Shown here: piece by piece, positions 1-7,941 of the stretch | Layout of the letters: each line of letters starts with the position of its first letter | How positions within the stretch are numbered: position 1 is the stretch's first letter | Origin: a virus | DNA length: 50,114 nucleotides | Direction: 5' to 3' (one strand) | IMG/VR virus record: IMGVR_UViG_3300015195_000002 | Location: 1-50,114 of that record | Program-made: the position numbers and the translations under genes | Notes under the pieces: model-generated | What the model saw: only the letters and a program-made list of their open reading frames with translations | The model's database searches: none | What the model was told of the DNA's origin: nothing

Positions 1-127
1 CGCTGCTGCCCTGCCACTGCCATCAGAGCCGCTCCGCTGCCTTTCCCGGTCCAGGCACTCGGGTAACCACAGTGCCGAGCTGAACAAATTCTCGAAAGAA
101 AGCATTTCGATTCTCGCCGCGATAGAC
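1..127. repeat. Terminal direct repeat, copy 1 of 2 (identical to 49988..50114); circular-assembly overlap
   Basis: Base-by-base comparison: 1..127 equals 49988..50114 exactly, and both copies abut the window ends. Confidence 0.9.
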
Positions 128-940
128 TACGACACATCCATAGCGGATAGGCTCCTTCAGATCGCCCTCGGGATCGAGAAACTTTTGACGGCCAAAAAGG
201 AAGCAAGTGGGATGCCGAAGGAGGTCATGAAACCATGCTCCATCGCTAACCGGCATGAGCAAGCAAGACTCAGCGACCCGGCCCGCATTGTGCTCCTCGC
301 AGAGCTTGGCGAACCATGCCTCATACGCGCCGGCAAAGAAAGGAGGGTTGATCCAGATCCGCCCCTCCCACGGTTGCGACAAGCCATCCTGCACTTCCGT
401 AAAGTAGCGTGTTGCCCCCACTGTTCGGTTAGCCATCTCACATGACGCGGGGTCAAGATCAATGCCGCCCATCACCCGCCGCGCCGCTTCGACGACCTCC
501 TCCGGACTGTAGAATTCAACGTCAGGGCCATCCGCTTCCGGCAGCAGACCGTTTCCCGGCCCAGACACCTCTCCCAAAATCTGCTCGAGCGCCGCATCAT
601 CGATCTCGGCGATCAGCGCCTCGAGCGCTCCGTCATCGATCAAAGCCATCGAGGTGATCTGATCGAACGAGCGCAGAAGCCGCTTCTCCTGGGCGAGCGG
701 CATATCCACCACGTTGACGAGGATCGCCGCTTCGCCGTCCTCCAGGGCCATCTCCACCCGCGCGTGCCCGTCGATTAGGTGCCCCGTCCGCCGGTTGAAG
801 ATCGGCCCCGCCACGGCACCATGCTCAGTAAGGGAAGCCCTGAGAGCGCGCTTCTGCGAATCAGGGTGTCGCCGGAAGTTGGCCGGGTTGGCGGTCAGTT
901 CTGCCGGGCTCCGCTCTTCCACCACAAACTGCTGCTTCAC
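23..940 (-). CDS. ParB-like nuclease domain fused to Dam-type N6-adenine DNA methyltransferase
   Basis: Track ORF 23..1012. N-terminal ANFRRHPDSQKRALRASLTEHG...GHLIDGHARVEMA is ParB/Srx-like. C-terminal GRIWINPPF carries the NPPF motif IV of N6A methylases. The in-frame GTG at 940 makes a GTGA overlap with the upstream stop, so the shorter start is preferred; ATG 1012/997 remain possible. Confidence 0.7.
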   Translation of the reverse strand: MKQQFVVEERSPAELTANPANFRRHPDSQKRALRASLTEHGAVAGPIFNRRTGHLIDGHARVEMALEDGEAAILVNVVDMPLAQEKRLLRSFDQITSMALIDDGALEALIAEIDDAALEQILGEVSGPGNGLLPEADGPDVEFYSPEEVVEAARRVMGGIDLDPASCEMANRTVGATRYFTEVQDGLSQPWEGRIWINPPFFAGAYEAWFAKLCEEHNAGRVAESCLLMPVSDGAWFHDLLRHPTCFLFGRQKFLDPEGDLKEPIRYGCVVVYRGENRNAFFREFVQLGTVVTRVPGPGKAAERL

Positions 941-1119
941 CGTCCCCGCTCCCTCGCTTCCAACCGCTCCACTCGCTCCATCACATTCTCCAGGCATTCG
1001 GCGAACAAGCACAGCATCTCCATCAGATCGGGCAGCGGCTCCTCCGCCGGCGCCCCGTGTCGCCGCAGCAGCTCATCAAGCGCCGTCTGCCGGTTCGGAA
1101 TTCCTTGCCTCTCACTCAT
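937..1119 (-). CDS. Hypothetical small protein (60 aa)
   Basis: Part of track ORF 937..1140. ATG at 1119 is preceded by GAGAGGTGAGCGG (SD-like); the stop is coupled to the next gene. Confidence 0.45.
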   Translation of the reverse strand: MSERQGIPNRQTALDELLRRHGAPAEEPLPDLMEMLCLFAECLENVMERVERLEARERGR

Positions 1120-1220
1120 CCGCTCACCTCTCGGGCACACCGGCGTCGGTGGGCCATGCCATGCTCAGGGGCTGAAGCCGCCCGGCTGAAAGAGATTCGC
1201 CCCTGTTTCATTCTGTACTT

Positions 1221-1931
1221 CTATTCTACTCCTGATTCCTCCTTCCTGGGGGGCGGGGGCACTTCCCGGCCGTCGCCGGTGTGCGAGAAGCCTTCGTTGG
1301 CAGCCTCGCTGAACCGATCGGTGAGCCAGGCGAGGATGCGGCGGCGGGCGGGCTCATCCGTGTCGGTCAGTTGCGCGTGGATGACGGCCAGCAGCCGGAT
1401 TTCCGGGTCGAGGGTGACAGCCGGGGCCGGCGGGGCGACAGGAGGGCGCAGCGATGCAAAGGGGGCGACGGGGGGAGGCGGGGCTGGGGCTGGGGCCGGG
1501 GCAGCACCCTTTCGGCGCAGGATGCCCTCCCGCCATGAGACAGTGGCCGGGGTCCGGTCGAGCTGTGCCGCGACTTCGCGCTGCGAGAGTGTCTGCCGCA
1601 ATTCCAGCAGGCGCGTGTCTTCCTCGGCCGTCCATATCCGGGGTCGCGCTGCCTTCGCCTTCGTCACGGTCGGTTCCGCCACGGCTGCCTCCTGTTCTCC
1701 CGGACTTCGCAGGGCGAGCTTCGCTTCGGCGCTCCGGACGCGCTGCCGGACCTGGTTCTCGCTGACGCCGAGCGCTGCGGCCGCGCCGGCATAGGTCCGG
1801 CGCTCGGCGTGGTAGGCCCGGTAGGCTTCTCCTTCCTCGCGGGTCAGTTGCGTGAGGGCCGGCGCGACTCGCTCCGGGGTGCCGTTGCGGGCCCCTGATT
1901 CGTCCAGCGTCAGGGAATGGATCGGCGGCAT
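1221..1931 (-). CDS. DNA-binding regulator with a sigma-70 region-4-like HTH and a GcrA/Myb-like HTH
   Basis: LTREEGEAYRAYHAERRTYAGAAAALGVSENQVRQRVRSAEAKL is r4/LuxR-like. WTAEEDTRLLELRQTLSQREVAAQLDRTPATVSWREGILRRKG is GcrA-N-terminal-like. Pro/Ala linker. Strong SD AGGAGAAAGAGACC before ATG 1931. Confidence 0.5.
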   Translation of the reverse strand: MPPIHSLTLDESGARNGTPERVAPALTQLTREEGEAYRAYHAERRTYAGAAAALGVSENQVRQRVRSAEAKLALRSPGEQEAAVAEPTVTKAKAARPRIWTAEEDTRLLELRQTLSQREVAAQLDRTPATVSWREGILRRKGAAPAPAPAPPPPVAPFASLRPPVAPPAPAVTLDPEIRLLAVIHAQLTDTDEPARRRILAWLTDRFSEAANEGFSHTGDGREVPPPPRKEESGVE

Positions 1932-2153
1932 GGTCTCTTTCTCCTCTCTCCTCCGCCAGGATTGCCGGGGCTCGGCGCGGTGCCACCCGGCGCCGCAGGC
2001 CTGGCAGATCGCTCCGAGTGGCCTTCGCTGGTCGGCCGTCGTGAACTGCTGAAACTCGATCTCACCGCCATCCAGCGCGTGCCGGTAGCCGGTCCGGGTC
2101 GGGAACCAGTCGGCGACCTCATCGTTCCAGAGGGTGCGGGTGGTCAGGGCTAC

Positions 2154-3641
2154 TTACAGATCCCCGGCTTTCTGGCGGGCGCGGCGCGGGCCTGTCGGGG
2201 AGTAGCTCAAGCCGAGCACGGACTGGAGGGAAAGGTTCTGCTTGTTACCCGCTATCGTGTTGCCGTGGAAGCGGACATTCGAGAACGTGCCGCCGTTCGA
2301 GGCCAGGCCGAACAGCCCTACAGCGCAGTTCCGCACCGTGTTTCCGAAGATGTCCACGTTCGCCAGGCTGAAGTTTGATTCGTAGGGAGCCCAGCCGCCG
2401 ACTCCGATGCCATAGCTCACACAGCCATCAATGACGTTGTTGGAGACAGTCACGCCATCCCCGTCTTTGATCAGGATCGCACTGCCGCCCGTGGTGTTGG
2501 TAATGGTGCAGCTATCGATCACGCTGTTGATGATGTCACCGGCTCCTTGCTGGCTATGCGCGAACACGATCCCGTTCTGGCAGTCGTGGATATTCAGTCG
2601 CCGAAACTGGACGCCGGAGGTGATTGTATTCGGGCTTTCCGAGTATTGCTGCGCCGCGTACTTCGCCACCCCAGCAATCTCGCAGTCAGTGACCAGTACA
2701 TTCGAGGCGGTTCCGTGGATGTAGAAAGCGTGGGACGTGTTGCCGGCCGCCGGGTTCGGGTCGTTCTGGAGGATCGTGCAGTGCGTTACCTGCGCACCTT
2801 TCTCACAGAAGAACGCGACCCTGGCCCAGCCATTGATGCGGCAGTTACGGGTAATCGTTCCAGCAGTCGGAGCCGCATCGAAGACCGCCGAGGTGACATC
2901 CTGGAAATCAACGTTATCCACCACCGTGTTCTGGGGACCGAAGACCTGGATACCGCCGCTGGGCTGGATCGTTGACCGCATCGTTGCGCCGTGATTACCC
3001 TGTAGCTTGATCTGCCGGACCTGGACCGGACCACCCGGTTCCCCCCCCGTGCCGATCATTAGCCCGCCGCCCGCCACTGAATGAATGACAGAGGTCGGAC
3101 CGTCACCCATCACCGTCATCGCTACGGGATGGGTGAACTTCAGCCATCCCGAAATGCGGTAGGTTCCCGAGGGCAGATAGAGCGTGCCGCCGGGCTGCAC
3201 CGCTTGCAGCGCCCGCTGGCAGGCCGCCGTGTCGTCCGTCTGGTCGTTGCCCACCGCGCCGAAGGTCCGCACATTGATCGCCCCCGGTGGCACGGGCTGC
3301 GGAGTCGGCGTCGGCGTGGGGATCGGGGTAGGCGTCGGAACCGGTATCGGATCAGGCTTCGGGATCGGCGGGATGCCGACCGGCGTGAATGTTCCCACTC
3401 CGGAGAGCGACCGGCGAGACTCGCTGCCCGACGGGGTGAAGGTCGCTGACCCGGTCCAGCGGTAGAGCGTCCCATCCGGCCCCTTGATGATGAAGTCTGC
3501 CGGTGCGGTGAACGCGCCGAGTTTTGGACTCTGCCGCGCCTTCCGCGCAATGACGGGACCGCAGCATGCCACCAAAGCCACCACAGCGGCCCATAGGGCC
3601 GTTCTGCGTCGAATGGGGCTCATCGTATTACTTCTCCTCAT
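2154..3641 (-). CDS. Secreted right-handed beta-helix (pectate-lyase-fold) polysaccharide depolymerase-like protein
   Basis: N-terminal RRRTALWAAVVALVACCG signal/anchor, Pro-Thr linker, INVRTFGAVGNDQTDDTAACQRAL (Pectate_lyase_3-like start), then many N/G/T-rich beta-helix-like repeats. Confidence 0.6.
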   Translation of the reverse strand: MRRSNTMSPIRRRTALWAAVVALVACCGPVIARKARQSPKLGAFTAPADFIIKGPDGTLYRWTGSATFTPSGSESRRSLSGVGTFTPVGIPPIPKPDPIPVPTPTPIPTPTPTPQPVPPGAINVRTFGAVGNDQTDDTAACQRALQAVQPGGTLYLPSGTYRISGWLKFTHPVAMTVMGDGPTSVIHSVAGGGLMIGTGGEPGGPVQVRQIKLQGNHGATMRSTIQPSGGIQVFGPQNTVVDNVDFQDVTSAVFDAAPTAGTITRNCRINGWARVAFFCEKGAQVTHCTILQNDPNPAAGNTSHAFYIHGTASNVLVTDCEIAGVAKYAAQQYSESPNTITSGVQFRRLNIHDCQNGIVFAHSQQGAGDIINSVIDSCTITNTTGGSAILIKDGDGVTVSNNVIDGCVSYGIGVGGWAPYESNFSLANVDIFGNTVRNCAVGLFGLASNGGTFSNVRFHGNTIAGNKQNLSLQSVLGLSYSPTGPRRARQKAGDL

Positions 3642-4006
3642 AGGTCGAAATAGCCGATGTCTTCGGCATCCAGCTCCACCTCAGGGACGTTGTTGTTCGC
3701 CATCACCATGAGCGCGCGGGCAAAGGAATGATACTCGTCGGCTTTCCGCCCGTGCTGCTCCACCTTGGATCGACATTCCTGGAGGCGGGCCTGCCGCTGC
3801 GGGTCCAGGATCGCTTCGACCCGATTGCCGCCGGTCATCGCCATCTCGCGGAACTCCAGTCCCTTCTCTTTGAGCTCACTCTCAGCCTGGCGCTGTTCGA
3901 CTTCCCAGTCCGCTTTTCGCTTCAGGTGATGGCGCGCCCGAGCATTCGCATGGTCCAACACTTCCGTCGTCGCCAACCGCACCGTCCACTTCCCTCGCAG
4001 GCTCAT
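3638..4006 (-). CDS. Hypothetical protein (122 aa)
   Basis: Track ORF 3638..4063. The internal ATG 4006 has a strong SD (GAAGGAGAGGCG); the stop makes an ATGA overlap with the depolymerase start. Confidence 0.55.
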   Translation of the reverse strand: MSLRGKWTVRLATTEVLDHANARARHHLKRKADWEVEQRQAESELKEKGLEFREMAMTGGNRVEAILDPQRQARLQECRSKVEQHGRKADEYHSFARALMVMANNNVPEVELDAEDIGYFDL

Positions 4007-4089
4007 CGCCTCTCCTTCTCTAGAAGCCCCTCTAGGGGTCTTAAGGGGCTTACCCCTATCCATGGTGCCAAAACGCCCGGGATGCGCCC

Positions 4090-4257
4090 CTAGGCCTCCC
4101 GAGGCCGCTCCTGCGGCTCGTTTCGCTTCTCCTTCTCCAGCCGCGCGTCAATCTGCTGCCGCCTCGTCCGCGTCAACTGCCGCACCACGCTACGGGGGAA
4201 TAAGCTGGCCTGTCTCCACTGGCGAACAACGGTCACCGCCCCATGCTCTTTGGCCAT
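4090..4257 (-). CDS. Possible small basic protein (55 aa)
   Basis: C-terminal part of track ORF 4090..4833 (MAKEHGAVTVVRQWRQ...). High GC3 and fills the gap after the sigma gene, but the SD spacing is poor. Confidence 0.25.
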   Translation of the reverse strand: MAKEHGAVTVVRQWRQASLFPRSVVRQLTRTRRQQIDARLEKEKRNEPQERPREA

Positions 4258-4970
4258 GCCTTCTGCCGGCTCTGATAAACTAAGATCTCCTCGCCTTGCT
4301 TGGGGCGCCGGCAATTGGGCCGGTGGGATACAGCGCGCGGGGCCGCGAGCTGCCCCTGAGGCCGCGACGACCGGCCTCGCCGCGTGTCCACCACTCGCAT
4401 CCCGATGCCGTGCGCGGCCCGGTAGTGGTTCAGCGCCCGCTGGACGTGGCAGTAGACCGCTGACTCCAGGCAGCCCATCTTGAGCGCTGCCTGTTTCTGC
4501 GAGAGTCCCTCCTGAAAGTGGTAGAGAAGCGCCTCCCGCTGGCGATCGGTGGCGCGGACTACTACCCACTCCCAGATCTGACCCGCCGCTACCCGCAGCT
4601 CGACGCCTTCGATCCCGCCGTCCCACCAGGGCGGCTCGTTGAGAACCCGGCTGTCGTCGTAGGACAAGATCGGGATGGCCTCCCCGCCGCGCTGCCAGTG
4701 GCCCCGCGTCGTGATCCGCCCCGCGCGAGTGCTGCGCAGGTAATCGACGGCAGCCCAGCGAGCCGCGTGGATGACCATCGTCATCAAGAGGCTCCGGGCG
4801 GGCCGCTCCTCCAGTCGGGCGAGCCGTTTCCAAACGGCGAGGCGGGCTTCAGCGACGAGGTCCTCCCACTCCGAGTGTCCGCGCCACGGCGTCAGGGCCA
4901 ATTCAGCGCGCTTCAGCAGGTGGGCAATCTCCTCTCGGCTGAACTGATCGGCGGTCATCCGGCAGCCCAC
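4233..4970 (-). CDS. ECF-type sigma-70 family RNA polymerase sigma factor
   Basis: Region-2-like DLVAEARLAVWKRLARLEERPARSLLMTMVIHAARWAAVDYLR. Region-4-like TDRQREALLYHFQEGLSQKQAALKMGCLESAVYCHVQRALNHYR. About 60 aa uncharacterised C-terminal tail. Confidence 0.65.
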   Translation of the reverse strand: MGCRMTADQFSREEIAHLLKRAELALTPWRGHSEWEDLVAEARLAVWKRLARLEERPARSLLMTMVIHAARWAAVDYLRSTRAGRITTRGHWQRGGEAIPILSYDDSRVLNEPPWWDGGIEGVELRVAAGQIWEWVVVRATDRQREALLYHFQEGLSQKQAALKMGCLESAVYCHVQRALNHYRAAHGIGMRVVDTRRGRSSRPQGQLAAPRAVSHRPNCRRPKQGEEILVYQSRQKAWPKSMGR

Positions 4971-5362
4971 CTCACCACCGGCTTGACCGGCTTCCCCGAC
5001 TTGATCCGCGCGAGCCTTCGCCGCTCAACCCCATTCATGCTGTCACAGTCGCGGCAGAGATAACTCGTCCAGCCGCTTGGCACCAGGTCGCGGCACTGCG
5101 AGCAGAGCTGCGCCTGGCGCTTCTGCCGGTCCCGGTAAGCGCGCCGGCAGGCCGCGCAGCGGTTGTCGCATCGCCCAGCCGGCAGGAGTGTCCCGCAGCC
5201 ACCCGAACACGGCCTCGCCTTGGCATAACGGACAAAATCGGCTTTCTTGCGGCAGAGCGCGCAGAGATTGTCGATCCGGCCGACCGACAGCAGGTTCGGG
5301 CAGCGACTGCACTTTCGGTCCGGGTTCTGGGCCGCTGCTCGCCGCCGCGCTCGGCGGTTCAT
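4955..5362 (-). CDS. Cys-rich protein with three CxxC...CxxC zinc-ribbon repeats
   Basis: Track ORF 4955..5488. ATG 5362 (MNRRARRR) makes an ATGA overlap with the upstream stop. Repeats are CSRC..CALC, CSGGC..CAAC, CSQC..CRDC. Confidence 0.55.
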   Translation of the reverse strand: MNRRARRRAAAQNPDRKCSRCPNLLSVGRIDNLCALCRKKADFVRYAKARPCSGGCGTLLPAGRCDNRCAACRRAYRDRQKRQAQLCSQCRDLVPSGWTSYLCRDCDSMNGVERRRLARIKSGKPVKPVVRWAAG

Positions 5363-5598
5363 CGCGGCGGTATCCACCAGAGCCGGACCGGCTTCCCGTC
5401 CGCGTCCCGCTCGATATGGTAACAGAGCCGCCCCTCGTCCCGGCACTGATCGAGGGCGAGCTGCAGATGGCGGATCGCTTCGTTCCAATTGCCGCGCACC
5501 TTCCAGGCGTTCCCCGTCCCGACCTGGGCCTCGGCCAACGCCCGCTTCAGGTGGCTCACCGCGGCCTCTGCCGCTTCCAGGGCGGTCATCCAGGCCAT
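5359..5598 (-). CDS. Hypothetical protein (79 aa)
   Basis: Track ORF 5359..5733. The N-terminal 45 aa look like Gly-rich non-coding read-in, so the start is placed at MAWMTALEAAE. Confidence 0.4.
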   Translation of the reverse strand: MAWMTALEAAEAAVSHLKRALAEAQVGTGNAWKVRGNWNEAIRHLQLALDQCRDEGRLCYHIERDADGKPVRLWWIPPR

Positions 5599-5665
5599 CC
5601 GCTTTCCATGACCATTCCTGGCAAGTACCCCGCGAGCGCTGCTTGCAGCACGGGCTGCGGGTGCT

Positions 5666-5851
5666 TCATCGCCGCTCCTCCCTACGCCACTCTTCCAGCC
5701 GCCGCCGCACCCACTCTTGGCGCCGTTCGTCATCGTACGGAGCCTGGAAGCGAGCGATGATCTGCTCGAAGCCGAGCGGCTCGCGCACTTCTCGGTTCCA
5801 GTCGCGCCGGTCTCGCGTGGCCGCGATCCGCCGCCTATCAGCCAGGCTCAT
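5666..5851 (-). CDS. Hypothetical Arg-rich small protein (61 aa)
   Basis: Track ORF 5666..5962. ATG 5851 makes an ATGA overlap with the ThyX-like stop. Confidence 0.45.
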   Translation of the reverse strand: MSLADRRRIAATRDRRDWNREVREPLGFEQIIARFQAPYDDERRQEWVRRRLEEWRREERR

Positions 5852-6660
5852 CCGCATTCTCCCGGAAAAGTTTTGCGATATTGTGACCAGCCTCGATAAT
5901 TGCCCCATGTGATTTTGCAGTCGTCCTCTGATGCTGACGCTACATGCTCGAACGGCGACCAATGGCCGAAGCCACTCCCGGTCAGCAATCGTTCAAAGAG
6001 TTCCTGGTCCTTCTCCGGTGTGGCAAGGCCGAGACGGGCGCACCGGGCGACACTTCGACGCAGCAGCACCGGGTCGCCCTCGCTGTGGTACTCCTCCTTG
6101 GAGATATAGGGCAGGTGCCAGGAGCCGTAGGGCTTAGGTCGGGGCGTGCTTCTATCACGCGCCTCGAAGATCGCCTGGGACAACTGCTCAAACTCCGGCT
6201 GGGCGTCATCGTGCTGGCGCAGCCGGAAGAAGTTGGTCCACTCAGTACCCGAAACCAGCACCTTGACCCAGAGAAACGGCTCCAGGAGCCGGTTCGCCCA
6301 CTGCTTGTGAACGCCGTATTCCGCCAGTGCCTGCGCTGACTTCCAGGCGTGCTCGGCCGCGGTCTCCCACTCGATTCTCGCCTCGTTGGCTTCAGCAACC
6401 GGCAGCGCCTTTCCGGCCTGCATTCCCCGTTGATTGGCGCCGAATGACGACGGCACGAACGGATTGTCCCGCACCTGCTCGATCAGCTTCGCCGTCGGGA
6501 TAGCCCGCGAGAAGGCGGCGTTCCGGCTGAATTGTCTATGCGTGTTCCATTGAGCCAGAAGGAATCGCGGCATCGTCAACTCTAGCGTCGTCAGCCGGTG
6601 GCCGTCGGGTGAGATCGAGTCGAGAATGACAGTTGCGGAACACGCATTCAACTCGCTCAT
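5848..6660 (-). CDS. thyX: Divergent flavin-dependent thymidylate synthase (ThyX-like)
   Basis: Track ORF 5848..6855. WNTHRQFSRNAAFSRAIP resembles the ThyX RHRxxS...S.R signature, but with T for the first R. Start placed at MSELNAC (6660) by ATGA coupling. Confidence 0.55.
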   Translation of the reverse strand: MSELNACSATVILDSISPDGHRLTTLELTMPRFLLAQWNTHRQFSRNAAFSRAIPTAKLIEQVRDNPFVPSSFGANQRGMQAGKALPVAEANEARIEWETAAEHAWKSAQALAEYGVHKQWANRLLEPFLWVKVLVSGTEWTNFFRLRQHDDAQPEFEQLSQAIFEARDRSTPRPKPYGSWHLPYISKEEYHSEGDPVLLRRSVARCARLGLATPEKDQELFERLLTGSGFGHWSPFEHVASASEDDCKITWGNYRGWSQYRKTFPGECG

Positions 6661-6830
6661 GATTCTCCCTCCTCTTCTCGCAGTGCCCAGTGCAAGCGGC
6701 GAACTAACTCGGCCAGCTCGCTCGGGCTGAAGGCTCGCTGCAGCAGGTCCGCTGCCTTCGTCACGTCGAGCGGCAGGATTAAGAGCCGCTCGGCCGGGCC
6801 TTTGTCGCGGTTGATGGTGTGGATGTTCAT
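6657..6830 (-). CDS. Hypothetical small protein (57 aa, below track cut-off)
   Basis: Hand translation MNIHTINRDKGPAERLLILPLDVTKAADLLQRAFSPSELAELVRRLHWALREEEGES. ATGA overlaps at both ends. Confidence 0.4.
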   Translation of the reverse strand: MNIHTINRDKGPAERLLILPLDVTKAADLLQRAFSPSELAELVRRLHWALREEEGES

Positions 6831-7006
6831 TCCCCCATCTCCCGCTCGGCCGCACCGGCTCCCGCCGCCGCCAGTCGCACGATCTCTCGCAGCTGTGAGG
6901 CGCGCTCTACAGCTGGTCGTGCTATGTCAAATTTCCAGACCAGGAGCCAAATCTGGTCCCAGGCCGCTTGGCACTCGGCCCGATTCACCGCCTTTGATTT
7001 CGTCAC
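6827..7006 (-). CDS. Hypothetical small protein (59 aa, GTG start, below track cut-off)
   Basis: Hand translation VTKSKAVNRAECQAAWDQIWLLVWKFDIARPAVERASQLREIVRLAAAGAGAAEREMGE. SD GAGAGGAGG upstream; the stop overlaps the next ATG. Confidence 0.35.
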   Translation of the reverse strand: MTKSKAVNRAECQAAWDQIWLLVWKFDIARPAVERASQLREIVRLAAAGAGAAEREMGE

Positions 7007-7008
7007 CC

Positions 7009-7647
7009 TTAGACCTCCTCTCGCTCCGGTTCCCTGACCTCACCGTCGTTCTCCGCGAACAAAGCACGAACTCCCACGCCAGCCAGATAGGATCGGATCG
7101 AAGCGAAAGCGACTTCTTCTTCTCGGGCGGCAATGGCAAGACACTGTTTCAGAGTACGCGGGACGGGGCTCCCGAGGTACAGTTCTCCTGCTCGATTCGC
7201 CGCCTTCCGAACATCCCCAGGATATTGCTCCTTGTGAGCCTGCTGTGCTTCGACCATCATGCGGCGCCGCGCTTCGATCCGCTCTTCCCGGTCAGCCCCC
7301 TTCAGTCGCCTGGCCGCTGCTTTCCGCTCATCCTCAACACGTTTGCGCTCGGCACGCTCCTGCTGGATGACCCAATTTGTCCGCCAGCGAGCCTCAGCAG
7401 TTCGGGCCAGTTCAGCGAAGTAGTCACCCCGCGCCCTTGACTGGAGGAAGTGCAGCTCGTGCAGGAACAGCCCCGTGTCTTTGTCGCGAGCGTCCGGCTC
7501 CTTATCTGGGTCACGCAACAACTCCCAGCGCCAACGGCTGTGCGTGCCCGTTTCACGCAAATACGACGTCAGGGTTGAGTCAGCGATTCCGAGCAACCAC
7601 TCATCGCAGACTCCTGCTACTCGCTGCTTCCGGCCTGGGTTTTTCAC
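7009..7647 (-). CDS. Hypothetical protein (212 aa), charged coiled-coil centre
   Basis: Track ORF; sits in the tightly packed early operon. Confidence 0.5.
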   Translation of the reverse strand: MKNPGRKQRVAGVCDEWLLGIADSTLTSYLRETGTHSRWRWELLRDPDKEPDARDKDTGLFLHELHFLQSRARGDYFAELARTAEARWRTNWVIQQERAERKRVEDERKAAARRLKGADREERIEARRRMMVEAQQAHKEQYPGDVRKAANRAGELYLGSPVPRTLKQCLAIAAREEEVAFASIRSYLAGVGVRALFAENDGEVREPEREEV

Positions 7648-7652
7648 CTCTA

Positions 7653-7931
7653 TTAGTCCCCCTCGTCACTGCCAAGCCGGCCGGAACAGTAGTACACATG
7701 CAATCGCTCTTTGATGTCTCGGTCCGGGTTCTCGCGGAATACGATGCAATCCAAGTCGGACCGGAGGAGGTCCAGAGGGTGAGTCGCTTTCGAGCAGCGG
7801 TCACCGAGCTTGACGCTGTATCTGTTTCCAAGCTCGACAGAAATGGACAGCAGGCGATTACGGATGCGATAAAGCTCCTCACCGAGCGCCTGATGCTCCT
7901 CGAAGGTCATCGGTGGCCCTTTCCGCCTCAT
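7653..7931 (-). CDS. Hypothetical protein (92 aa)
   Basis: Track ORF 7653..8009. ATG 7931 is preceded by AGGAGGCGAGTG. Confidence 0.5.
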   Translation of the reverse strand: MRRKGPPMTFEEHQALGEELYRIRNRLLSISVELGNRYSVKLGDRCSKATHPLDLLRSDLDCIVFRENPDRDIKERLHVYYCSGRLGSDEGD

Positions 7932-7941
7932 CACTCGCCTC

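Noticed and set aside
1910-2378. Track ORFs 1910..2122 (-) and 1917..2378 (+) covering the gap between the regulator and the depolymerase
   Set aside because: Both are Arg/Pro/Gly-rich and out of the frame that shows coding-type GC3. The in-frame start-less stretch is reported separately.
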